DNA from: Candidatus Poribacteria bacterium
GTDB taxonomy: Bacteria > Poribacteria > WGA-4E > WGA-3G
Direction: 5' to 3'
NCBI GenBank assembly: GCA_965242965.1
Contig: OZ251518.1
Span: 3,360,001 to 3,424,000 of the forward strand
Length of the DNA stretch: 64,000 bases
Positions 49,814 to 58,486 of the stretch are shown piece by piece. The notes under the pieces are model-generated. The model was not told where the DNA came from, did no database searches, and saw only the letters and a list, made by a program, of their open reading frames with translations. Positions within the stretch are counted from its first letter, which is position 1. The number at the start of each line of letters is the position of its first letter. The translations under genes and the position numbers were made by a program.

Positions 49814-50491
49814 CTAGTGTGAATGCGAGGACTCATCATGCGAGTGTGATGGGTGAGCAACAGGGGCCTCCGGCCCATAAAGTGCGTCGGGGCCATACTT
49901 TCGGACGAGTGACCGGGCGTACTCCAGAAACTCGTCGTTCCTTTGATGTGGAACAAGCTGCGCCTGAAGTTCCGCGTGCTTTAATCGGTCTGCGGCCGTG
50001 TAAACGGGTGCAGTCGCGATTCTCAGTTCTAAATCCAGAAACTCTTCAACTTCTGGAATATCGCCGTTCATCGCGACGAGTGCCGGTCTCATCATCTCCA
50101 CGCGTTTGTAGGGATCGTTGAAATCCTCCGGGCTATACTTGCGCCTCGGTTTTTCTGCCTCTGTTGCTACCTCGTCTGAAGGTGTCGTTTCTGCGTTTGA
50201 CACCGTTTCGGTTGTCCTCTCAGTCACTGAGAACTCACCCTCATCGGTTTCTACCGTGGAGAGAGGTTCATGAACGTGCGTTTGTTCATGAGTCTCTTCG
50301 TGGTGAGGAACCGGTTCTTCGCGGTCAGGTCCAGAGTTGCTTTGCTCATGCTCAGCAGGGACGTGCACCGCGGGCGTGGGTGGTTTTGGTAGTGCTTCGT
50401 CAAACTGTTTTTTCTCCCATTCGGCATAAAAGAAAATGCCTGTGCAGAAAGCAATAAGGAGCACTATGCTGGTAACTAGGTATTTTGACAT
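49814..50491 (-). CDS. Hypothetical membrane-anchored protein with acidic/His-rich linker
   Basis: N-terminal TM (MSKYLVTSIVLLIAFCTGIFFY); AAGGA RBS; HSHSH-like C-terminus. Confidence 0.7.
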   Translation of the reverse strand: MSKYLVTSIVLLIAFCTGIFFYAEWEKKQFDEALPKPPTPAVHVPAEHEQSNSGPDREEPVPHHEETHEQTHVHEPLSTVETDEGEFSVTERTTETVSNAETTPSDEVATEAEKPRRKYSPEDFNDPYKRVEMMRPALVAMNGDIPEVEEFLDLELRIATAPVYTAADRLKHAELQAQLVPHQRNDEFLEYARSLVRKYGPDALYGPEAPVAHPSHSHDESSHSH

Positions 50492-50539
50492 AGTAATTTC
50501 CTTTAGACGCGCGCAGGACGCTGAACTCATTGTCCCGCA

Positions 50540-50804
50540 CTGTCTTTCATAAATCGCTCAACGTTGCGGTGACAGGCCCCGCGCTACGGTGGAAAAAACG
50601 CCTCACCTTCACGTAGGGCGAGGGCCTGTCCCTCGCCATGCGTTTTGCTGTCAGACCGCATCACTCCTGTAGGTCAAGATCGCCTGATCTTGACCCGTTC
50701 GGGAGCGGGCGCTCCCGAACTACAGCGGTGGGCCCGATGCCTGCCGGTAGTCGCCCGCCCTCCAAGGCGAGATAACTACCGAAACGGAGTTATAAAACAC
50801 CCTC
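50540..50804. mobile_element. TIR-bounded REP cassette (left TIR degenerate)
   Basis: TTTCATAAATCGCTCAACG ... TTATAAAACACCCTC. Confidence 0.55.
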
Positions 50805-50890
50805 ACTTAAACATCGAGGATCTAGTGAATATACTCAACTCGATACACAGTCTCCTCCGCGAAGTAGAACACCTCGTGGTCCGGAGAAAA

Positions 50891-51892
50891 CTAAAGCATC
50901 TCGGAGGTTTTACGAAGGATAACATTATCCTCATAAACCGTCTGGATTAACTCCTCAATCTCCGGTTCTTGAACGGCGATGTCAACAATCCTGAATTTTT
51001 GGAGGATTGTGCCGATGAGCTCCGCCGTGCGAATTTCCTCTGGGGAGAAGCGATACTGCACACGGGTGCCTTCCCGATGCGTAATCTGCACGTGAGGGAC
51101 GCGAACGTCCGGATAGTCCTCGGCGTAATCAACCCTGAGCAGCCGCTCTTTTGAAAGCATCCCCCGAAGTGTGGCGAGTTTACCATCGAAGAGGAGGCGC
51201 GCGTCATCAATGAGAATCACGCGGTTGCAGAGTTTCTCTACATCACCCAGGTCATGCGTTGTCAACACCACCGTCACCTGCCGTTCAGCGTTAATCTGTT
51301 GGATAAACTGGCGGATACGCGCTTTGGCGACGACATCCAATCCAATCGTCGGTTCATCAAGAAACAAGACATCGGGGTTGTGGAGGAGGGCGGCACCGAT
51401 GTCGGCGCGCATCCGTTGTCCAAGGCTGAGTTGACGTACGGGTGTCTGAAAAAACGCGCCGAGTTCAAGCAGCCCATCAAACATCGCTACATTGCGCTGA
51501 TACTGCGCCTGCGGAATGCGATAGATACGCCGGAGTAATTCAAACGATTCTTGCACGGGCAAATCAAACCACAGATGCGAACGCTGTCCAAAGACAACGC
51601 CGATGCGCGCCGCATTCTCCTTTCGCTGACGATGCGGGATATAACCGTTCACGGTAACGCTGCCTGACGAGGGGACGAGGATGCCGGTCAGCATCTTGAT
51701 GGTTGTCGATTTTCCTGCGCCATTCGGTCCCAGATAACCGACGATTTCGCCGCGCATCACGGTGAAGGAGACGTTGTCTACGGCTTGGACTATGCGGTGT
51801 TTGCGCGAAAAGAGGTTGGCAAACGTGCCCCAAAACCCTTTGCGGTGATGGTAGACTTTGAACGTTTTGCTCAGATTTCGGACTTCAATCAT
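50891..51892 (-). CDS. ABC transporter ATP-binding protein (DrrA/NatA-like)
   Basis: GPNGAGKST, LSLGQRMR, LFLDEPT, TTHD. Confidence 0.93.
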   Translation of the reverse strand: MIEVRNLSKTFKVYHHRKGFWGTFANLFSRKHRIVQAVDNVSFTVMRGEIVGYLGPNGAGKSTTIKMLTGILVPSSGSVTVNGYIPHRQRKENAARIGVVFGQRSHLWFDLPVQESFELLRRIYRIPQAQYQRNVAMFDGLLELGAFFQTPVRQLSLGQRMRADIGAALLHNPDVLFLDEPTIGLDVVAKARIRQFIQQINAERQVTVVLTTHDLGDVEKLCNRVILIDDARLLFDGKLATLRGMLSKERLLRVDYAEDYPDVRVPHVQITHREGTRVQYRFSPEEIRTAELIGTILQKFRIVDIAVQEPEIEELIQTVYEDNVILRKTSEML

Positions 51893-51906
51893 CGGTTTTT
51901 CTCCAG

Positions 51907-52692
51907 CTAATGCCCCGTGCTCTGATACTGCAACACGCCCCATCTCCAAAATAGCATCGCGACACCGAGGAAGACGCATCCGACAAACGGTGCGATAAGC
52001 ACACCTACCGACGCGGACTTATCAAGCAGGAACAGCACTGGAAAATAGTTGACACACGCAAGCGGGATGACGAACGTGAAAAAATGCCGAAACCATTGCC
52101 GGTAAATCGAAAACGGATAACTTCCCATAAACAGCCCGCCGTGCGTGAAAATGTTTATCAGTTCGATGGAGTGGACTGTCCAGAAACAGGTTGTCGCGCC
52201 AATGACGGCGAGCGCGATAAAAAAGCAGGTGCCGCCAACCAGCGCGACGAGCAGATACGCAACTTTAGCGAACGTCCACGAAACAGCCAATTGCGAACTC
52301 GCAATCAGTAGGACAACGAGTGCCTGAAAGAGTCTTCCCAACCGACGCAGTAGAAATTGGTGCGCGAACACCTGATAGAAGGTATCCAGCGGCCGGATGA
52401 GCATCGTATCAAATTCGCCGCGCACAACATTATCCTGAAAGAGATCGAAGCCGCGCGCGAACATCTCGGCAAAAGCGAAGCAGATACCAATCATGCCGTA
52501 AAGCAAGCCGACTTCCCACAGCGTCCACCCGGCGAGCTGTTTGAATCTGCCGAACAGAATGGCAATCATGAAAAAGTCAATGACAGCGATGCAGGATTGC
52601 GCGAACAGTTCAAAGAGGAATGAGAGGCGGTATTCCATCTGCGCGCGAATTCGCAATTTCACAAAATGCAAGTAGAGTGACAGGTGGTGCAT
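51907..52692 (-). CDS. ABC-2 family permease (DUF990-like)
   Basis: QMEYR, GWTLWEV, GEFDTMLIRP, YPFSIY, YQSTG. Confidence 0.88.
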   Translation of the reverse strand: MHHLSLYLHFVKLRIRAQMEYRLSFLFELFAQSCIAVIDFFMIAILFGRFKQLAGWTLWEVGLLYGMIGICFAFAEMFARGFDLFQDNVVRGEFDTMLIRPLDTFYQVFAHQFLLRRLGRLFQALVVLLIASSQLAVSWTFAKVAYLLVALVGGTCFFIALAVIGATTCFWTVHSIELINIFTHGGLFMGSYPFSIYRQWFRHFFTFVIPLACVNYFPVLFLLDKSASVGVLIAPFVGCVFLGVAMLFWRWGVLQYQSTGH

Positions 52693-52711
52693 TTTTCCGA
52701 TGAAGGTGGCA

Positions 52712-53527
52712 TTAGCCGCCTTGGATGACGAGTCGGGAAAACCCACGGGTGATGAGGATACGCCCAATCCCGATAAAAACGAGCGTCCACACTACCTGTT
52801 TGCCGATGGCGAGCCAGATATCTACGCCGGTGAGGGTGCCTAAATAAATGCTGAACGGAATATCAACGAGCCCCTCAAACGGCAGCCACCTCGCGATGCG
52901 CGCTGCCCACTCAGGCCACAGCGCGATGGGGACGAGCAGTCCGGAAAAGAAGGTGATGACGGTGTGCGCGATGTAGTTAACGCCGGTTGCATCCAGCGTC
53001 CAGAATGCAACACTCCGGACACTCACCGTTATCGCGATGCTGAGGCAAATGGCGAGGAGCATGGAGACAGCGAACGCGATGCCGGTGTCAAGCTGTTGCG
53101 GCAGCATTGCATCAAAGATAAGTTTGCCCAGCCAAAAGGTAGGAAGACTCCGCATGAGGAGGTAGTAAAACGCCTTGCCTAACGCATCCGCGAACCAATA
53201 AGCCTGAAAGTCAACAGGTTTGACAAGTTGGAGCGCGACGCTGCCATCTTTCACCGTTTCGGCAATTTCGGAGCGGCCGCCCCACAACGGCATCAGCAGG
53301 AGGAACGCTTGGCACAGCACCACGTAGGTGCGGATTTCCATCAGGCTGAGGGGTTGCGGTTCGCGCGAGGCGGCATAGAAACCGGTATAGACGAAAATTT
53401 GCACCACGAGGAAGAAGAAATTTGTCGTTAACCCGGCGAGGTTCGCAACCCGATACTGCATCCGCATCTGAAACGATGTCCGCGCAAACGCCAGATAGAC
53501 ACTGGGGAACTGGGAGAACACCATCAC
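52712..53527 (-). CDS. ABC-2 family permease
   Basis: MQYR, KDGSVALQLVKPVD, FSGLLVPI, LPF, LVIQGG terminus. Confidence 0.88.
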   Translation of the reverse strand: MMVFSQFPSVYLAFARTSFQMRMQYRVANLAGLTTNFFFLVVQIFVYTGFYAASREPQPLSLMEIRTYVVLCQAFLLLMPLWGGRSEIAETVKDGSVALQLVKPVDFQAYWFADALGKAFYYLLMRSLPTFWLGKLIFDAMLPQQLDTGIAFAVSMLLAICLSIAITVSVRSVAFWTLDATGVNYIAHTVITFFSGLLVPIALWPEWAARIARWLPFEGLVDIPFSIYLGTLTGVDIWLAIGKQVVWTLVFIGIGRILITRGFSRLVIQGG

Positions 53528-54552
53528 GTCTGGATTTGCACGGAGCTCCCTTTCGCAGCCGATGCGTAAATTCCATCAAGCATCTGCATCAGGATAACAC
53601 CTTGCGCCGCAGAGGAGATAGGCACTTTTCCCGCCACGAGGCATTCAACGAAGTGTTTCACCTCTTCGTCAAAACTATTGATTGCGGGAGCATCCAAGGG
53701 TTTATCCACCTCTTTTCCAATTTCTTCGGTGTAAAGCGTGAACGGACTGAGGCTCGCGCCCGCTTTCGTGCCTGCCACTTTGATGTAATTGTCGCCCGGT
53801 AGGTTCAATGCCCATGTCGTTTCCAGCACGATAGTCGCGCCGTTTTGAAAATGGATTTGCGCGAAGGTGGCATCGTCTACATCGTATTTGACGTTATCGG
53901 GGACAAGCCGCCCGAAGTGTGAATACGCCGCGCCCATAATCTCAATCGGTTTCGGCGAGCCCATCAACCACCAGACGCAATCCAGCGCGTGAACACCGAT
54001 ATCGATGAGCGCGCCACCGCCCGCGCGTGCCTTATCAACAAACCACCCTTCTTTGCCGATAGGAATCCCACGCCGACGAACGTAGCCAGCCTTTCCGAAA
54101 TAGACATCGCCGAGTTCACCGGCATCGATGAGCTGCTTGAGCCGCTGCGTCTTTCCATCAAACCGCTGGACAAGCGCGTACATTAAGGTTTTGCCGTTTT
54201 GCGCTGCGGCATCCGCCATCGCTTGTGCTTCCGCCGCGCTGCACGCCGGTGGTTTCTCACACAGCACATGTTTGCCGGCGTTTAAGGCATCTATCGTCAT
54301 CGGCGCATGGAGAAAATTCGGCAGACAGACGCTGACAGCATCAATATGCCGATTTTCTAGCATCTCCAAGTGGTTGGTGTAGACGTTGGGGATTTTGTAT
54401 TCCGCCGCTATTTGTCGCGCGTGCGCCTCGTCCAAATCACAGACAGCGACAACTTCGGCGCGCGCATCGGCGATGTAGCCTTTGAGATGTTGCATCCCGG
54501 GCCACCCCAGCCCGATAACCGCGGCACGCACGGTAGAAGTTTGGTTTGGCAT
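53524..54552 (-). CDS. Gfo/Idh/MocA oxidoreductase
   Basis: IGLG, HVLCEKP, RRRGIP, GGGALIDIGVH. Confidence 0.92.
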   Translation of the reverse strand: MPNQTSTVRAAVIGLGWPGMQHLKGYIADARAEVVAVCDLDEAHARQIAAEYKIPNVYTNHLEMLENRHIDAVSVCLPNFLHAPMTIDALNAGKHVLCEKPPACSAAEAQAMADAAAQNGKTLMYALVQRFDGKTQRLKQLIDAGELGDVYFGKAGYVRRRGIPIGKEGWFVDKARAGGGALIDIGVHALDCVWWLMGSPKPIEIMGAAYSHFGRLVPDNVKYDVDDATFAQIHFQNGATIVLETTWALNLPGDNYIKVAGTKAGASLSPFTLYTEEIGKEVDKPLDAPAINSFDEEVKHFVECLVAGKVPISSAAQGVILMQMLDGIYASAAKGSSVQIQT

Positions 54553-54572
54553 AAGTTTTAACTCCTTCTCTC

Positions 54573-55817
54573 CTAATTGTGGCGGAGTGCCTCCGTAGGC
54601 ATCAGGTTCGCGGCTTTATTTGCCGGATACAGCCCAAAGAATATCCCAATGCACGCTGAAACGCTAAACGCAATGAACATCGCTTGCAAGGAGACGACAA
54701 CGGGCCAGGTTATCCCTTTCATGAAAAACGTTGTAAGGATGTTGACGGTAGCGAAGACAATGCCGACACCGACAAAAACACCGATAATGCCCCCGCAAAG
54801 GCTGAGCACAATCGCCTCAATCAGAAACTGGATGAGAATGTCGCGCCGTTTTGCCCCAATCGCCTTCCGCAAGCCAATTTCCCGGGTCCGCTCTGTCACC
54901 GAGACAAGCATGATGTTCATAATGCCGATGCCGCCCACAAACAGCGCAAGCGCGGCGACACCACCGAGCAACACCTGAATCGTGCGACTCGTGCTACCGA
55001 GCTGCTTGATGGCTTCCTTCAGCGTGAAAAATTCAAAGTATTTTTCGGAGATGTGACGCTGACGCAAAGCAACTTTGAGCTCCATTAACGCCTGCTCGAC
55101 CTTGGCAAAACTCGCCGCTTGGACACGGATAGAACCGACACCAGACCAGCCCGGGTTCAGAAACCTTGTCCGCATCGTGGAAAAAGGAATGATGACGCGG
55201 CTATCCCAGCCACCCTGCCACATCGCACTCCCCTTCTCCTCCATCACACCGATAACGGTAAACCGTTCGTCACCGACTTTCAATTCCTGTCCAATCGGAT
55301 CGGCACCATGAAACAGGTCCTTGCGCACTTTGGAACCGATAACACACACGGTATCGCTTCGCTCAATGTCATCCTCGGTCAGAAACCGGCCGAGTGCCAC
55401 ATACCAATTCTCCACATCTTGGTAAGACGGTGTGACCCCATCAACTTGGAGAGACTGAGCCGTCTGTTTATGCCTGACAGACAAGTCCAGCCCCGAAGAT
55501 ACTAAAACGTTGGCGACATTCGGACAATTTTCAAGGATAAAGTCACCGTCCTCGTATTCCAATTCTTCGGGAGTAGTATTCGGCACATACACGCCGTCTT
55601 CTCTTTTAATGTGGCTGGGCCGAAAACAGTAAATCATGCGGGCGGCACCCATTTTCTCCATTTCGGCCAACACAATGTGTTCGGCACCACCGCCGAGAGA
55701 CACTACGGCTACAACGGTCGCGATGCCGATGACTATCCCTAACGTTGTGAGCACGGAACGCAGTTTGTTGCGCCGCAATGCAGCCAAGCCAACGCTAACG
55801 CCTTGTGTAATCTGCAT
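54573..55817 (-). CDS. MacB/FtsX-like ABC permease
   Basis: NKLRSVLTTLGIVIG, GGIGIMNIMLVSVTERTREIGLRKAIGA, GLYPA.KAA. Confidence 0.92.
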   Translation of the reverse strand: MQITQGVSVGLAALRRNKLRSVLTTLGIVIGIATVVAVVSLGGGAEHIVLAEMEKMGAARMIYCFRPSHIKREDGVYVPNTTPEELEYEDGDFILENCPNVANVLVSSGLDLSVRHKQTAQSLQVDGVTPSYQDVENWYVALGRFLTEDDIERSDTVCVIGSKVRKDLFHGADPIGQELKVGDERFTVIGVMEEKGSAMWQGGWDSRVIIPFSTMRTRFLNPGWSGVGSIRVQAASFAKVEQALMELKVALRQRHISEKYFEFFTLKEAIKQLGSTSRTIQVLLGGVAALALFVGGIGIMNIMLVSVTERTREIGLRKAIGAKRRDILIQFLIEAIVLSLCGGIIGVFVGVGIVFATVNILTTFFMKGITWPVVVSLQAMFIAFSVSACIGIFFGLYPANKAANLMPTEALRHN

Positions 55818-56074
55818 GGTTTTCTCTGCCTCATTATCAGAATTATTGAGGGACATGGCGAGGGACAGGCCATCGCCCTACAAAACGGAAAACGGCGGAC
55901 AATTCCCCGCGAGCGTGCCACGGCGAGGGACAGGCCCTCGCTATCGCTCGCGCGCCAGGCCTGTAGGTCAAGATCGCCTGATCTTGACCTGTTCGGGATC
56001 AGGCAATCCCGAACTACAGTGGTGGGCCCGATGCGCCTCCCCTCAAGGGATAAATTTATGAAACACCGGCGGTA

Positions 56075-57142
56075 TTACTCGGGTTGCATGGATTCGCCGT
56101 GCAACAAAAATGCGCGGATATCGTAACGCCCGGGGCGTTCAATGGGTAAATCACCGTTCTCGATCATCAAATCAAGCGGATTGGCGTGCGTCCGCAGCGG
56201 CAATTGCACCACTTCATGCATGCGCGTGGACTCGTAGATGGCCATGATAATTTCAACGGCGGCGCGGCCATGCTTTGCCTCCCCGCGATGCTCAGGGCCG
56301 CCTTCAATCCAACTGACTAATTCGGCCGCCTGCGCGACGTGCTGATTCGTGCCATCGGAGGGACGTTCCTCCCAATCCGTGGCTTTATTATTCAGGAGCC
56401 GAACGCGTGCCTCGGTTACGTCGGCGATGCCATCGGTGCCATAGACAATGCCGCCCTGATAATTCGGTCTTCCGATTTCCTGCAGGAGCATGCCGATGCA
56501 TCCACCTTCAAAACCGACAATTCCCGCACTCCTGTCTTCGATTTGGATATCGCGCTCATACCGTTCGGTTTTGCGCTCTACGTTCCCCATAACCCACTGC
56601 GGTGCCGGATCTCCGAGCACATACCGCATCATATCAAAAAGGTGTGAGCAGTCGTTCAAAAGTCCCTGTCCACCCTGGCAGACAATTTGGCGCGGTTCGC
56701 CGATTGCACCCGCGGCGATGAGATTGCGCGCGTCTGTCCACGCCGAATTAAATCGACGCTGATGCCCAATGACGACTTTGACGTTGCTCCGCCGCGCGGC
56801 GATTAACATCTCATCGCATTCGCCGAGGCTGACACCCATCGGTTTCTCACAAAGGACTGCCTTCGGGCTGCGCGCGCAGGCAGCGATTGTCATCGGAGCG
56901 TGAAGTTTATGCCACGTCGCAACGCTCACAATATCAAGGGTTTCGCTATCCAGCAGGGCGCGAGCGTCTTGATAGCAGTGCTCGCTCGGCACACCGTAAT
57001 TTTGTGAAAACTTGTCAAGTGCAGCTTGAACCGGGTCTGCCAGGGCGACAATCTCGGTTTGTGCAACGCCTTGGTACCCACGCGCGTGGGCATTGGCGAT
57101 GCCGCCACATCCGATAATTCCAACGCGATATTTCGCTGCCAT
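56075..57142 (-). CDS. Gfo/Idh/MocA oxidoreductase
   Basis: GIIGCGGIA, LCEKPM, GHQRRF. Confidence 0.9.
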   Translation of the reverse strand: MAAKYRVGIIGCGGIANAHARGYQGVAQTEIVALADPVQAALDKFSQNYGVPSEHCYQDARALLDSETLDIVSVATWHKLHAPMTIAACARSPKAVLCEKPMGVSLGECDEMLIAARRSNVKVVIGHQRRFNSAWTDARNLIAAGAIGEPRQIVCQGGQGLLNDCSHLFDMMRYVLGDPAPQWVMGNVERKTERYERDIQIEDRSAGIVGFEGGCIGMLLQEIGRPNYQGGIVYGTDGIADVTEARVRLLNNKATDWEERPSDGTNQHVAQAAELVSWIEGGPEHRGEAKHGRAAVEIIMAIYESTRMHEVVQLPLRTHANPLDLMIENGDLPIERPGRYDIRAFLLHGESMQPE

Positions 57143-57176
57143 GTTTGCTCCTATGGACGGTTTTTTGCCTTTCGTA

Positions 57177-58286
57177 TTACTGAGCCGGTGCAACAGTCGC
57201 TTCCCCGAAATGTGCCGAGACTGCGACAAGATCCAACACATTCACCGTGCCATCGCCGTTTACGTCGCCAGTGAGCCCCTCACCGATCTGGCCAAATTGG
57301 CTTGCGACGAGGACGAGATCTTGGATATTAACAGTGCCATCCTCATTGACATCCCAAGCGGGGAACTCTGGCGGCGGCATCTCTATCGTTGTTGTCGTTG
57401 TGACTTCCGCTGTCTTCGTAGCATCAGTGCCCGAAGTTACTGTCACGGTGACTTCATAATCGCCCGGGGCTGTCAGCGCATCGCCAGTGACTGTTAAGAT
57501 GACATCAGCGGACACATCGGCATCAAGTTCAACAGATTTCTCGCTGAGCGCGCCGATGACACTACCCTCAACCCCGACTTCAGGCGAAACTTTAAGCGTT
57601 AACGTATCCATCATATTGCCGGTATTTTTGACGGTGAGGGTATACGTTACGCCTGCGACTGCATCCATTGTTGACTGCGCCATGCTGTCGGCTTCTAATG
57701 AAACGCCTGCAACGGTGGGGATAGGCGGCGTTGATTTAACCGAGGTGGTATAGATATAATCGCCTGTTGCTCCACCATCGTCATTAGCAGCGTTTCCTGC
57801 GGCGTAGAAGGTGATGGGACCGATGTCGACATCCGGTGCAGTCCATTGAACAGTCCACTGGTTCTCATCGGCTGTTCCCTTTGCGGTTCCAGGGGCATTG
57901 TGTTTAACGTATTGCTTACCGTTTGTTTCTGTTAGCAGCGTATTTGCTTCATCGGCGAGTTCAAACGTGCCGGCTTTGGCATCATTTGCATCCAGCGCAG
58001 TGATTTCAAATCCCCACCGGCTTTGTCCTGCACGCGCCAGATCTACGATAATCGTATACACCTCATTGGGCATATAGGTTTCTGGAATTGTCAACATCAG
58101 CGAACCGCCAGGAAGGTTCAATTCGTTACTGGCGTGACACCCCGCCATAGCACAAGTGGCTTCATTGGGAGCCCCCGTTCTTTCGTCTGGGGGGCCGAAA
58201 GAGTAAGCGAACGCGCTGCCGGTTGCCCCCATAAGAAGGAGGACAAGCATTGCGCAAAGAGGAACGATATGTTTTAACTTCATCAA
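57177..58286 (-). CDS. Secreted Reeler (choice-of-anchor V)-like + Ig-like + C-terminal dockerin protein
   Basis: Signal peptide; TGAPNEATC..GCH, WGFEIT, WTVQWTAP..GPITFYAAGNAAN..GDYIY; duplicated DVNxDGxVNxxDL dockerin loops. Confidence 0.8.
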   Translation of the reverse strand: MMKLKHIVPLCAMLVLLLMGATGSAFAYSFGPPDERTGAPNEATCAMAGCHASNELNLPGGSLMLTIPETYMPNEVYTIIVDLARAGQSRWGFEITALDANDAKAGTFELADEANTLLTETNGKQYVKHNAPGTAKGTADENQWTVQWTAPDVDIGPITFYAAGNAANDDGGATGDYIYTTSVKSTPPIPTVAGVSLEADSMAQSTMDAVAGVTYTLTVKNTGNMMDTLTLKVSPEVGVEGSVIGALSEKSVELDADVSADVILTVTGDALTAPGDYEVTVTVTSGTDATKTAEVTTTTTIEMPPPEFPAWDVNEDGTVNIQDLVLVASQFGQIGEGLTGDVNGDGTVNVLDLVAVSAHFGEATVAPAQ

Positions 58287-58391
58287 GTGTCTCCAATCAA
58301 CATTGCAGTTTTAAAAGCCCGCAATGGAAATATGTGTTGTATTCGCACAAGAAACGTATACAAACGCCTCGCGAACAACAAAAAGTCTTAA

Positions 58392-58437
58392 AAAAACGCC
58401 CCGGCCGGTTGCGGAACCGTTGCAGCGGGGCGTTTTT
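58392..58437 (-). terminator. Intrinsic (possibly bidirectional) terminator
   Basis: AAAAACGCCCC...GGGGCGTTTTT stem with A/T tails; second hairpin CGGTGGGACAG/CTGTCCCACCG at 58444-58479. Confidence 0.65.
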
Positions 58438-58486
58438 AAGCATCGGTGGGACAGTTAAAACGGCAATCCTGTCCCACCGAGAGAAT

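Noticed and set aside
50805-50890. Possible small toxin-gene remnant
   Set aside because: Too short, contains a stop, no supportable homology
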